Assembly (NCBI GenBank): GCA_946500425.1
Contig: CAMMVQ010000001.1
Location: 15,056-79,055, forward strand
Direction: 5' to 3'
From: an uncultured Mollicutes bacterium
GTDB lineage: Bacteria; Bacillota_I; Bacilli_A; RF39; UBA660
DNA length: 64,000 nucleotides
Shown here: piece after piece, positions 37,995-48,733 of the stretch
How positions within the stretch are numbered: position 1 is the stretch's first letter
How the letters are laid out: each line of letters opens with the position of its first letter
Translations under genes and position numbers: made by a program
Notes under the pieces: generated by a model
The model's database searches: none
Seen by the model: only the letters and a program-made list of their open reading frames with translations
Told to the model about the DNA's origin: nothing

Positions 37995-39266
37995 ATGGGA
38001 CTATTTAGTTTAAAAGTAGATGATATAAAGGAAGTAATGATAGAAGGATTAGAAAATGAAGGAGCCGGGGTAGCTAGAATAAATAAAATGGTTGTTTTTG
38101 TTCCAAAGGCTCTGGTTGGGGAAAAGGTAAGAATAAGAATAACGGAAATCAAGAAAAACTTCGCCAGAGGAAAAATTATTGAGGTGCTTGAGAAGTCTAA
38201 AAGTAGAATAGAGCAGAAATGCCCTTATTATGGTGATTGTGGCGGTTGTAACTTAAGACACCAAAACGAACGAGAGAACCTGAAGTTTAAAAAGCAAAAA
38301 GTTGAAGTGGCGCTTGAGAAAGTCGGAAAAGTGAAAATAAAAGTAGATGATGTAATTCCATCTTTTAAAAATGACCATTATCGTAATAAGGCTAGTTTTA
38401 AGGTTGAAAATAGTCGGGTTGGATATTATGCTGAAGGTACTTACCAATTAGTTGACGTTGAGTACTGTATGCTACTTGAAAAAGAAATAAATAAAGCACT
38501 AGAAAAGATAAGATGCTACGTTAAGAATACTAAAAATAACATTAAAACGATAACCATAAAACATGGTAATGCCATGGATGAGATTTTAATTGATGTATAC
38601 TCGGTTGATGATTCGGATAAGAAAATATTAGATTATTTAATTAATAACGTAGATAATTTAAAGACGGTTATTTTTAATGATAAAGTCATTTATGGAAATG
38701 GTTATATAAACCAAGTTTCTAATGGTCTTATGTTTAACTGTTCTGCTAAGTCATTTTTTCAAGTAAATGACGTTCAAACCGAAAAATTATATAGCACGGC
38801 TTTAGAGTTGGCAGATTTAAATAAAGAGGATGTTGTATTAGATCTTTACTGTGGAACTGGAACAATTACTAGTATTGTAGCTTCTCATGTAAAGAAAGTA
38901 ATAGGAATTGAAATAGTGGAAGATGCGGTTAAGGATGCTAAGCGTAACGCATCCATTAATAACATAAGTAACGTTACTTATTTATGTGGTGATGCCACTA
39001 AAAAAATAAGTAAAATAAAAGAAAAGGTTGATGTTATCATAGTTGATCCACCAAGGAAGGGAGTAGATCGTAAAGCTATTTCCATAATGAAAAAAATACT
39101 TCCTAAAAAGATTGTATATATATCTTGTAATCCGGTTACTATGGCTAGAGATTTATCGTATTTAACAGATTTATATGACGTGAAAAAAGTTGTTCCAGTA
39201 GATATGTTTCCAAACACTGCACACGTTGAATGTGTGTGCGTGTTAAATAGGATTAAACCATTATAA
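37995..39266 (+). CDS. rlmD: 23S rRNA (uracil-C5)-methyltransferase RlmD/RumA family
   Basis: N-terminal TRAM domain, Fe-S Cys cluster CPYYGDCGGCNLRH, and SAM-MTase motif LDLYCGTGT. Confidence 0.85.
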   Translation: MGLFSLKVDDIKEVMIEGLENEGAGVARINKMVVFVPKALVGEKVRIRITEIKKNFARGKIIEVLEKSKSRIEQKCPYYGDCGGCNLRHQNERENLKFKKQKVEVALEKVGKVKIKVDDVIPSFKNDHYRNKASFKVENSRVGYYAEGTYQLVDVEYCMLLEKEINKALEKIRCYVKNTKNNIKTITIKHGNAMDEILIDVYSVDDSDKKILDYLINNVDNLKTVIFNDKVIYGNGYINQVSNGLMFNCSAKSFFQVNDVQTEKLYSTALELADLNKEDVVLDLYCGTGTITSIVASHVKKVIGIEIVEDAVKDAKRNASINNISNVTYLCGDATKKISKIKEKVDVIIVDPPRKGVDRKAISIMKKILPKKIVYISCNPVTMARDLSYLTDLYDVKKVVPVDMFPNTAHVECVCVLNRIKPL

Positions 39267-39450
39267 ATAAAGGGAAAATCAACTATTCAGTGGTGCAAAA
39301 AATTTTTTTATAGGTTGTTTGAGGAGTATATGTTTCCATACACTACCTTAGGTGGTGTGAGTTTTATAATTGAAATTACAAAAGGAAATTTTAGGTTATG
39401 AGTAAACTAACGCTTAAAGAAAATATAAAAATTGAAAAATTATATTTAAA

Positions 39451-39768
39451 GTGAGAGGTAAACAAGTTATTTTATCATCAGATGTTGTCAAATTATACAA
39501 AACTGAGACAAGGATTATAAATCAAACGATTAAAAGAAATATTATGAGATTTCCTGAAACATTTTGTTTTCAATTAACGTTAGAAGAGGTAATCAACTTG
39601 AAATCACAAATTGTGATTTCAAGTTTAAGAAATGAGATTGTACATGGTGATACAAGGTATTTACCATATGTTTTAACTGAGCAAGGAATAATGATGTTAT
39701 CTGGTCTTCTTAAGAGTGATATTGCAGTTAAAGTTCAAATTATTGATGCGTTTGTCTTTATTACATAA
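39451..39768 (+). CDS. ORF6N-domain protein (phage antirepressor-type N-terminal domain), short form
   Basis: MRGKQVILSSDVVKLYKTETRIINQTIKRNIMRFPETFCFQLT...RYLPYVLTEQGIMMLSGLLKSDIAV matches ORF6N. GTG start. Confidence 0.6.
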   Translation: MRGKQVILSSDVVKLYKTETRIINQTIKRNIMRFPETFCFQLTLEEVINLKSQIVISSLRNEIVHGDTRYLPYVLTEQGIMMLSGLLKSDIAVKVQIIDAFVFIT

Positions 39769-39776
39769 CGTTTTAT

Positions 39777-40877
39777 TTGTCCTGCTTATTTTTCTTATTA
39801 ATGGTAAATAAATTAAGAAAGATGAATTTAATAACTATGTTTAGAGTTGGTATCTTTCTTAATCTAATACAGTGTTTAATACTTTTATTAGCAGGTAATA
39901 ACATATCTAATCATATTTTTTCTTTTGCCATTTTCTCAAGCATTGGAAATGCATTTTATTATTATCCAGAACAGATATTAATAAAAAGAGTAAATAAAGA
40001 TGATGGCTTTCAAAACTACGTTACAAAAGACCAAATAATAAAGTATGCGGTAAGTATAATAATGCCAATTATATTAGGATTATGCATTAGCGAAAATTCA
40101 TATTCTTTAGCATTTATCGTACTTGGAGTATTAGTTATGATAAGTTTTATATTTTCATTATCCATAAAAAATTTTAATCTTAAGCATGAAAAAATAGACT
40201 TAAAAGTTTTTTTCAAAAATGTTAAAAAAACTAAAAGTGAAAAGTTAGTGGTGTTATATAGTGTTAGAACTTTTCTTAGAGGTCTTAGTTCTTTTGGAGT
40301 TTTGACAACCTTGATTACCATTTTAACCTTTATGGTAGTTAAAACAGAGTTTTCTTTAGGAAATATAAGTAGTTTTATAACAGTAATATCGATTATGGTT
40401 ATTTATGGTGTTAATAGATGGGTAAAAAGAAAAACTTTATGTAAACTTTTTGTTCCACTAGCTATAATTCAAAGTATCGTTGTAATATTATTATCTTTTG
40501 GAATGATATACTTTGATGTTAATCAAGAGTTAATAGTTGGAGGTATAACGGTTAGTATAGGTTTTATATTGGTCCTTTTATATAATTTAATAAATGGTAT
40601 TAGTAATCCTATCTTTGAAACATTTAATCAAGTAGTTTATTATGAACTTATGAAAGAACAGCACGTAAGTGTTGAAGATGAACCTAGTTACGTATTTTGG
40701 TTTGAAATAATGATTAACTTATCAAGAAGTTTAGGTTATTTAATATTAATAATAGTTTCTAATTTCATGTTTAACATAAATGTTATAGTAGGACTGATAG
40801 CTTTATTTACCTTGGTATATATATCTTTTGCATACTTATTAAGTAAAATTGGAAAAAAGTACTTATTGGCGAGGTGA
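39777..40877 (+). CDS. Polytopic membrane transporter-like protein (possibly MFS)
   Basis: About 10-12 TM segments. Coupled to the downstream gene. Confidence 0.4.
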   Translation: MSCLFFLLMVNKLRKMNLITMFRVGIFLNLIQCLILLLAGNNISNHIFSFAIFSSIGNAFYYYPEQILIKRVNKDDGFQNYVTKDQIIKYAVSIIMPIILGLCISENSYSLAFIVLGVLVMISFIFSLSIKNFNLKHEKIDLKVFFKNVKKTKSEKLVVLYSVRTFLRGLSSFGVLTTLITILTFMVVKTEFSLGNISSFITVISIMVIYGVNRWVKRKTLCKLFVPLAIIQSIVVILLSFGMIYFDVNQELIVGGITVSIGFILVLLYNLINGISNPIFETFNQVVYYELMKEQHVSVEDEPSYVFWFEIMINLSRSLGYLILIIVSNFMFNINVIVGLIALFTLVYISFAYLLSKIGKKYLLAR

Positions 40878-41764
40878 CGCATGTGATGTTAAGTTGGAAA
40901 ATGATTGATGAGGCACTTTTGTTTTATGATATAAAAGATGATAAATATCGTGCTAAATGCCATGAGGCTTATGAATATTTAAACAAAAGTGAAGAACTTA
41001 AAAGCAACTTTTTAAGGTTATATGAAATTTTATATGAAAAAAAGGATTATTCTTTAGCTAAACTCTGGAAGGTTAAAGAAAAAAGTGAACTTTTTGGAAG
41101 TGTTTATCAGCCTTACATAACAAACCTTTTATTACTATCAGGATGGGATATTCACTATAAGAACATGAACAAATATAAAATGGATGATAATCAAATTAAA
41201 CTTCATAAACGAAGAGTAAAAGAAGCTTTAACTTATGACGTGTACGAAAGAGGATATGATGGCATTAGAATATCGCAAATGTTATGGGGTAGTTACTTTA
41301 TAAATTTAAAAATAATAGAAGTAGGAAGCCTTCAGTTTGAAGTTGTAGATATTAATCCAATTACTAAAGAAAAGCAAAACTGTATAAAGATTCATATTCC
41401 AAAAAATAGTGATTTTAAAATAAATAATATTATTAATTCAATAAGAATGTCAAAACAAGAAATTTTAAAATATTTTATGCTAGATAATCCAGAATATTAT
41501 TGTGAGTCTTGGTTGTTAAGTAAAGGGGTACTTAAATTATTAAAAGATGGTTCAAACATATTAAAATTTAGTAAACTTTTTGATATTACTAGTAAAGAAA
41601 ATTGTATGAATGATATATTAAATTTTGTATATGGCATTTTAAGTTGTGATGATTATAACACTTTACAAGAGGATACTTATTTACAAAGAAAAATAAAAGA
41701 AGAATTATTAAATGGTGTTATAATAAAAATAGGAATAGGAAAATTAAAGGAGGAATATAGATGA
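40874..41764 (+). CDS. Hypothetical protein (296 aa), possibly acyltransferase-like
   Basis: No confident motif. Overlaps neighbours, indicating an operon. Confidence 0.4.
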   Translation: MTHVMLSWKMIDEALLFYDIKDDKYRAKCHEAYEYLNKSEELKSNFLRLYEILYEKKDYSLAKLWKVKEKSELFGSVYQPYITNLLLLSGWDIHYKNMNKYKMDDNQIKLHKRRVKEALTYDVYERGYDGIRISQMLWGSYFINLKIIEVGSLQFEVVDINPITKEKQNCIKIHIPKNSDFKINNIINSIRMSKQEILKYFMLDNPEYYCESWLLSKGVLKLLKDGSNILKFSKLFDITSKENCMNDILNFVYGILSCDDYNTLQEDTYLQRKIKEELLNGVIIKIGIGKLKEEYR

Positions 41765-42546
41765 GATTAGAAGGAAAAATAGCTGTAGTAACTGGTGGTG
41801 CGATGGGAAACGGCCTTGGTATCGCAAAAGAATTTTTAAAGGAAGGCGCTAAAGTAATAATTCTTGATTACTCAAAAGAACTAGAAAATACCGTAATGAA
41901 ATTAAGAGAAAATGGTTATGAGGTAGAAGGATATTTGGTTGATATAAGTAACAAAGAAGAAGTATTAAATGCTGTTTCTAAAATAAAAGAAAAGCATGAT
42001 AAAATTGATGTGTTAGTAAATAATGCTGGTGTGTGTATTTTAGGTGGGTTTGAAGAGATGACTGACGAATTAAGAGATAAACATTTTAATATAAACATTA
42101 ATGGTACTTGGAATGTTACCAAAGCATTATTACCACTAATGAAGAACCATAAGGCTTCAATCGTAAATTTATCAAGTGTAACTGGTGTGTCGGTAGCAGA
42201 TAAAGGAGAAGTAGCTTACGCAACTACGAAGGCGGCAATTTTAGGTTTTACTAAGGCTCTTGCCATGGAACTTGTTAATGATGATATCAGGGTAAACGCA
42301 ATTTTACCTGGATACATTATGACACCTATGGTTGAAAAGATGGCAGTTCAATCAAATCCAGATAATCCTAAAAGCGTAGTAGACGGTATTGCAAGTGCCA
42401 TTCCGATGAAAAGACTAGGAACTCCAGAGGAGTTAGGACGTTTAGCCGTATTTTTAGCAAGCGATGATGCAAGCTATATAACCGGCCAAGGTATCGTAAT
42501 AGATGGTGCATCAACCTTACCTGAAACACTTACAATGGGAGCTTAA
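41761..42546 (+). CDS. Short-chain dehydrogenase/reductase (SDR)
   Basis: TGGAMGNGLGIA cofactor motif, NNAG, and the catalytic Y..K (YATTKAA). Confidence 0.85.
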   Translation: MRLEGKIAVVTGGAMGNGLGIAKEFLKEGAKVIILDYSKELENTVMKLRENGYEVEGYLVDISNKEEVLNAVSKIKEKHDKIDVLVNNAGVCILGGFEEMTDELRDKHFNININGTWNVTKALLPLMKNHKASIVNLSSVTGVSVADKGEVAYATTKAAILGFTKALAMELVNDDIRVNAILPGYIMTPMVEKMAVQSNPDNPKSVVDGIASAIPMKRLGTPEELGRLAVFLASDDASYITGQGIVIDGASTLPETLTMGA

Positions 42547-42549
42547 CAA

Positions 42550-43113
42550 TTGAAAAACATTGAAAAAATAGAGTATAAAGAAGAGCTGTTACAAGAAATT
42601 AAAGAACAAAATAGTAATTTTAACCTTGAAGAGTTTTTTCTAAATGGTTCGTCAAAAGACGGTGCGGTTATAATAATAACGCCAAAACAAACTATTTGTT
42701 GCTATTCACAAATAGATCATTGTAGCGTGGCCGAAAAAATATGTCGGTGTATTTATGATGATTTTAGTGGCTGGGAATTTGATGGTGGTATGATTGGTGA
42801 GGAGTTCTTTTCGTGGCAACAGCAGTTATTAGAGTTAAACTGCGTGTGTTTGCAATTGGGTGCTAATGGTGATTCCTTTGTTTGGGTCCCTGATGTTATA
42901 AGTGAGTACCAGTTGGAACAATTAGAGAACTTTAAAAAGCAGACGTATTTAATTAACCAAAAAAGAGTGTTACAAGGAAAAACAATCGTTCGTTTTTACT
43001 GTAAAAACGATGGCGATTTAGATGATTTTTTTCAGAATAAAAGATACTGTTTGGGTAATGATTTTCTTGATGAAAACGATTTGTCAAGTACAATTACAAG
43101 AGGGGCGCATTAG
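42550..43113 (+). CDS. Hypothetical Cys-rich protein (187 aa)
   Basis: CCYSQIDHCSVAEKICRC. TTG start. No family assigned. Confidence 0.35.
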   Translation: MKNIEKIEYKEELLQEIKEQNSNFNLEEFFLNGSSKDGAVIIITPKQTICCYSQIDHCSVAEKICRCIYDDFSGWEFDGGMIGEEFFSWQQQLLELNCVCLQLGANGDSFVWVPDVISEYQLEQLENFKKQTYLINQKRVLQGKTIVRFYCKNDGDLDDFFQNKRYCLGNDFLDENDLSSTITRGAH

Positions 43114-43221
43114 ACGCTCTTTAATAATTTTTAATAATATTTTCATTGACATATTTTTTGTAAGTTGTTAAAATTGTTTTTGTTAGTTACCTTACAAATA
43201 AAGTGAGATGATGAAAAGCTA

Positions 43222-43647
43222 ATGAAAGAAAGAAAAGTTGCGTTTGAAATAAAACTTTTAGATAATTTGATAAGTAGGAAGATAATTGAAAATAAAAAGG
43301 ATAAAAAAACTTTATCCCACGTTCAGGTAAGTGTTTTAAAGTATTTGCTTGAAAATAACGCTAAAACTATTTATCAAACGGATTTAGAAGTTTTTTTAAA
43401 CGTTAGGAGGTCAACCATTTCCGGAATATTAAAGACCATGGAAAAAAATAATCTTATAAAAAGAATTGACTCTAAAAATGATGCTAGAAAAAAAGAAATA
43501 GTACTTACTGACTACAGCATTAAAAAGTCTAGAGAAATGAAAAAAAAGGTAACTTTATTTGAAACTCTTCTGACTAAAGACATATCATATGAAGAGCTTA
43601 AAATTTTCTTTAAGGTGATTGATAAACTTAAAGAGAACGTTAAATAG
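43222..43647 (+). CDS. MarR-family transcriptional regulator
   Basis: Winged-HTH region LSHVQVSVLKYLLENNAKTIYQTDLEVFLNVRRSTISGILKTMEKNNLIKR. Confidence 0.8.
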   Translation: MKERKVAFEIKLLDNLISRKIIENKKDKKTLSHVQVSVLKYLLENNAKTIYQTDLEVFLNVRRSTISGILKTMEKNNLIKRIDSKNDARKKEIVLTDYSIKKSREMKKKVTLFETLLTKDISYEELKIFFKVIDKLKENVK

Positions 43648-43660
43648 AAAGGATGATAAA

Positions 43661-45418
43661 ATGTTAAAATTATTAAAAAACTTTGATAAAAAAGATTGGC
43701 TAATAGTTTTAGTGGCTTTACTTTTAATTGTCTTTCAAGTTTGGTTGGATTTAAAGCTTCCTGATTATATGTCAGAAATAACCAGGTTAGTTCAAACTGA
43801 AGGAAGCGAGATAAATGAAGTATTAAAGCAAGGTGGTTACATGCTTTTATGTGCTGGTGGAAGCCTTGCATCAGCGATGATAGTAGGTTATTTAACCTCG
43901 TTTATTTCGGCTACTTTCTCCCAAAAATTAAGAAAACAGTTGTTTGAAAAGGTTCAAAACTTTGGGATGGAAGAAATAAAGAAGTTTTCAACTAGTAGTT
44001 TGATTACTAGAACAACCAATGACATTACCAACATACAAATGTTTATTGCCATGGGACTTCAAATGCTTATTAAGGCTCCTATAACAGCGGTTTGGGCAGT
44101 GCTTAAAATCTTAGATAAAAGTTGGCAATGGAGTGCCGTTACCGGAGCGGCCGTACTAGTTCTTATTATGATGGTTATTATTCTTATGATAACCGTTATG
44201 CCTAAGTTTAAGTTGGTTCAAAAATTAATTGATAAGATAAATGGTATTACAAGAGAAAATTTAACTGGTATTAGGGTTGTTAGAGCGTTTAACGCTGAAA
44301 AATATCAAGAAGAAAAGTTTGATGATAAAAACAAAGAACTTACTAAGATGCAGATGTTTAACCAAAGAATGATGGCTTTAATGTCACCGGTTATGTACCT
44401 AATAATGAACTTACTTACTTTATCCATTTACTTTATTGGAGCGTACTTAATAGATGCTGCCCAAATGATGGATAAAGTTAACATCTTTAGTAACATGGTT
44501 GTTTTTTCAAGTTACGCAATGCAAGTTATTATGGCTTTCTTAATGCTTGCCATGATATTTATCATGTATCCAAGAGCTAATGTATCGGCAGGAAGAATAA
44601 GAGAAGTAATCGATACTGAAACAAGCGTAAAAGATGGTAAGTTTGATAAGCCAACCAAAATCACCGGAGAAATAGAGTTTAAAAACGTTTCGTTTAAGTA
44701 TCCAGACGCTGATGAGTACGTTTTAAAAGATATTTCATTTAAGGCTAAAAAAGGAGATACCATTGCTATTATTGGTTCTACCGGTTCTGGTAAATCAACC
44801 ATCGTTAATCTTATTATGAGGTTTTATGATGTTACTGATGGTGAAATATTAATTGATGGGGTAAACGTAAAAAAATACAAACAAGAATACTTGTATAACA
44901 AATTAGGCTACGTACCACAAAAAGCCGTTATGTTTAGTGGTAGTGTTAATTATAACGTTTCTTATGGTGATAATGGTAAAGAAAAAAGTGATAAGTTAAT
45001 TAAGGAAGCCACCCGTGTTGCACAGGCTAAAGAATTCGTTGAAAAGATGCCTAAGAAATATGAAACCGACATCGCTCAAGGTGGAACTAATATTTCTGGT
45101 GGTCAAAAGCAAAGGTTATCAATTGCAAGGGCAATCGCAAAAGAACCAGAAATATACATCTTTGATGATTCTTTTAGCGCTCTTGATTATAAAACTGATT
45201 ACGTTTTAAGAAAAGAATTAAAAAAATACACTAAAGACGCAACTAGTGTTATTGTTGCACAAAGAATAGGTACCATAATTAACGCCGATAAGATAATAGT
45301 ACTTGATAGTGGTTCGTGCGTTGGTGTGGGAACCCATAAAGAATTATTAAAGAATTGTGACGTGTATAGAGAAATAGCATATTCACAATTATCAAAGGAG
45401 GAACTTGAAAATGCGTAA
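43661..45418 (+). CDS. ABC exporter, fused permease-ATPase (multidrug-type heterodimer subunit 1)
   Basis: Six-TM domain plus Walker A GSTGSGKST, signature ISGGQKQRLSIAR, and Walker B IYIFDD. Confidence 0.9.
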   Translation: MLKLLKNFDKKDWLIVLVALLLIVFQVWLDLKLPDYMSEITRLVQTEGSEINEVLKQGGYMLLCAGGSLASAMIVGYLTSFISATFSQKLRKQLFEKVQNFGMEEIKKFSTSSLITRTTNDITNIQMFIAMGLQMLIKAPITAVWAVLKILDKSWQWSAVTGAAVLVLIMMVIILMITVMPKFKLVQKLIDKINGITRENLTGIRVVRAFNAEKYQEEKFDDKNKELTKMQMFNQRMMALMSPVMYLIMNLLTLSIYFIGAYLIDAAQMMDKVNIFSNMVVFSSYAMQVIMAFLMLAMIFIMYPRANVSAGRIREVIDTETSVKDGKFDKPTKITGEIEFKNVSFKYPDADEYVLKDISFKAKKGDTIAIIGSTGSGKSTIVNLIMRFYDVTDGEILIDGVNVKKYKQEYLYNKLGYVPQKAVMFSGSVNYNVSYGDNGKEKSDKLIKEATRVAQAKEFVEKMPKKYETDIAQGGTNISGGQKQRLSIARAIAKEPEIYIFDDSFSALDYKTDYVLRKELKKYTKDATSVIVAQRIGTIINADKIIVLDSGSCVGVGTHKELLKNCDVYREIAYSQLSKEELENA

Positions 45419-47225
45419 TGAAAAAGCAAGACCTCAAAGGATGGGACACGGACCTAACAGAGGTTCATCTGAAAAACCAAAAGATTTTAAAAACGCTATT
45501 AAAAGCATGATTAAGTATTTAAATAAGTATATAGTTATTATTGTTATTGCTTTTATTCTAGCAGCTTTATCATCTGTTTTATCAATTATTGGTCCTAATA
45601 AGTTAAGTGATTTAACTGACGTTATAACAAATGGACTTTTAACTGGTATTAACTTCGATAAAGTAATATCCATTGGCGCGTTTTTACTTTCAATTTATTT
45701 ACTCAGTGCGGCTTTTAGCTACATTCAAAACTTTATCATGGTTACGGTATCTAATAATTTTGCCCGCGACTTAAGAAATAAAATATCTGTTAAGATTAAC
45801 AGCTTACCGCTTAAGTACTTTGACTCCCATAGTTACGGTGACATATTATCAAGGGTTACTAACGACGTTGATACGATAAACTTTTCAATGCACCAAAGTT
45901 TGGGCACTTTAGTTGCCGCTACAACTTTATTTATTGGCTCAATAATAATGATGTTTGTAACTAACTGGATACTTGCAATAACCGCGATAGTAGCGTCACT
46001 TATTGGATTTGCTTTTATGTTTTTAATATTAGGAAAATCACAAAAGTACTTCGATCAAAGGCAAGTACAGTTAGGTAACTTAAACGGTCATATAGAAGAG
46101 ATTTATTCATCTCATAACGTTGTTAAGGCATATAACGGAAATAAAGATGCAAGTGATGAGTTTGATAAGTTAAACACCAACGTATTTACTTGTGATAGAA
46201 TGAGTCAGTTTTTATCGGGGCTAATGCAACCAATCATGCAGTTTATTGGTAACTTTGGTTATGTTGCCGTTTGTGTTGTTGGGGCGATTCTTACGATGAA
46301 TGGCCAAATCTCATTTGGCGTTATCGTTGCATTTATGATTTACGTAAGATTATTTACTAATCCTTTGTCACAAATTGCTCAAGGTATGACTTCCTTACAG
46401 TCAACCGCTGCAGCATCAGAAAGGGTGTTTGAATTCCTAGAAGAAAAAGAAATGGAAGATGAATCTTCATTAGTTAAGCACTTAGACTCTTCTAAGGTTA
46501 AAGGAAGCATTGAGTTTAAGCACGTTAAGTTTGGTTATAACAAAGATAAAATAATAATAAAAGACTTTAACTGTAAGGTTAATCCTGGAGAAAAAATAGC
46601 AATTGTTGGGCCTACTGGTGCTGGTAAAACAACGATGGTAAACCTTCTTATGAAGTTTTATAACATTAACGATGGAGATATCTTAATTGATGGTGTTTCG
46701 GTAAAAGATTTAACCCGCGAAAACATTCATGATTTATTTATTATGGTTCTTCAGGACACGTGGTTATTTAATGGTACGATAAGAGATAACATCAGGTACA
46801 ATAAAGACCATGTTTCCGACGAGTCAATAATGGAAGCCTTAAAGACGGTAGGAGTAGATCACTTCGTTAAGTCACTTCCTGGAGTTTTAAATTATGAGAT
46901 AGCGGATAATGAATCCATTTCAGCCGGTCAAAAACAACTTTTAACCATTGCACGTGGTATGATTAAAGACGCTCCGTTCCTTATTTTAGATGAAGCAACC
47001 TCATCGGTCGACACCAGAACCGAAGAGTTAGTTCAAAAGGCAATGGATAAATTAACTGAGGGAAGAACCTCATTTATAATTGCCCACCGTTTATCAACCA
47101 TTAAAAACGCTGATTTGATTCTTGTTATGAACGAAGGAAACATAATTGAACAAGGAAATCACGAGGAATTGATGAAGAAAAACGGCTTTTATGCCGAGCT
47201 ATATAATTCACAATTTCAAAATTAA
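45412..47225 (+). CDS. ABC exporter, fused permease-ATPase (subunit 2)
   Basis: TM domain plus GPTGAGKTT, ISAGQKQLLTIAR and LILDEATS. Overlaps subunit 1. Confidence 0.9.
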
Positions 47226-47227
47226 AA

Positions 47228-47258
47228 GTATTAATTTTTATGTTAATACTTTTTTATT
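47228..47258 (+). terminator. Rho-independent terminator
   Basis: agtattaa / ttaatact stem followed by a T-run. Confidence 0.65.
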
Positions 47259-47510
47259 TTACAATAACTTGTAAAGCTACGCCTATGGTAAACTTAATAG
47301 TTTTACCGGAACAATATAATATTATCAACATGTAAAAATAAAAAATAGTAGTTTTAAACAGGAAAGAAGGAAGGGAATGCATGAATGCTATTTTAAACAA
47401 AGATGAAAATAGTTATTATAAATTGGAAAGTAAATGATAAGTTAGCTTTAGCTTTTGTAATTGATATTGTGTTCAAAAAATGTATAATTAAAACGTAGAG
47501 GTGATAGACT

Positions 47511-47863
47511 TTGAGAACTTTAGAAGACAGATTAAATCAGTATAGAAATGCCGTTGACAGGCTAGAAGAGGCTATAAAGGTTTATAAAAATGATAATAAT
47601 AAAATAATCGTTGATGCCATGATATAAAGGTTTGAATTTTGTGTGGAACATTCTTGGAAACTTTAAAAAGATTATTTAAGCGTGAAAACGTTGGTGATTT
47701 TGCGTCGCCAAGAAGTGTTATGAAAGAATCATATCAACAAAACTTAATTGATGATGGTGAAGCTTGGCTTGATATGTTAAAAGATAAAAACTTAACTTAA
47801 CATATTTATTATGAAATATTGGCAAATATGATTAGAGATAATTTAAAAAATTTGAATGTTTAA
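47511..47863 (+). pseudogene. Degraded HEPN-domain gene (HI0074-type nucleotidyltransferase substrate-binding protein) with in-frame stops and frameshifts
   Basis: Fragments LEDRLNQYRNAVDRLEEAIKVY...DAMI* / RFEFCVEHSWKL* / ...GDFASPRSVMKESYQQNLIDDGEAWLDMLKDKNLT* are readable in three frames. An aacttaacttaac slippage repeat is present. Confidence 0.5.
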
Positions 47864-48027
47864 ATAAAGTATATATTTTTGGAAGCAGGGCAAAAGGGGA
47901 TTATGAAAAAACATCTGATATTGATCTTGCAATAGAAAGTGAAGGCGATATTAAGCTTAGACTCTTAAATAAATTAGAAGATGTAAGATGTATATTAAAG
48001 TTTGATGTTGTTGATATGAAAAGATAG
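47842..48027 (+). pseudogene. N-terminally truncated minimal nucleotidyltransferase (MNT) remnant
   Basis: KVYIFGSRAKGDYEKTSDIDLAIES...VDM carries the GS..G..DxD polbeta-NTase motif with no start codon. A stop lies 9 codons upstream. Confidence 0.45.
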
Positions 48028-48190
48028 GTAATGAAAAATTGTTAAACAACATAAAAAAAGAAGGAATATTGATTTGTAAGAAATAACTTATCTTAGCATG
48101 TTAAAGAAATGGATACATTTCTTTTTTATTTTAAAAATATTTAGTTTTAAGTTATAATATAAGTATAAAAATATTAAAGGAGTGATGAAA

Positions 48191-48724
48191 ATGGTTATTT
48201 ATGTAGTAAGACACGGAAGAACAAAGTGGAACGAAAGGGGAATTATGCAAGGGTTAACTGATATTGACCTTGATGACGTGGGGATTAAACAAGCTTACTT
48301 GGCTAAGGAAGAATTAATTGGAGTTAACTTTGATGTATGTTTTTCATCTCCTTTAAGAAGAGCTAGTAAAACGGCCGAAATAATCGTTGATAATAGATGT
48401 AAAATAATATATGATGATTTACTTATAGAAAGGAGTATGGGAACATTTGAAAAGAAACCATATAATTTATATAAGAACTCTCCTTACTGGGATTACAATC
48501 TTAACTTATCTGATAATGGTGTAGAAAGTATAAAGCATTTATTTAGTAGGGCTTCAGAGTTTTTAAACAAGATAAAAAAACAATATAATGATAAAACCGT
48601 TTTAGTAGTTAGTCATGGAGCTTTAATAAGAGCACTTCATTATTTAATAATGGGTTATGATAGTAAAACAGATTTTTTATCTTTTAACGTTTCAAACGCT
48701 AAAGTTTATCGGTACGAGATATAG
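48191..48724 (+). CDS. Histidine phosphatase family protein (PGM-like)
   Basis: VVRHGRTKWN catalytic motif. AAGGAG RBS. Confidence 0.7.
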   Translation: MVIYVVRHGRTKWNERGIMQGLTDIDLDDVGIKQAYLAKEELIGVNFDVCFSSPLRRASKTAEIIVDNRCKIIYDDLLIERSMGTFEKKPYNLYKNSPYWDYNLNLSDNGVESIKHLFSRASEFLNKIKKQYNDKTVLVVSHGALIRALHYLIMGYDSKTDFLSFNVSNAKVYRYEI

Positions 48725-48733
48725 GAGGAAAAG

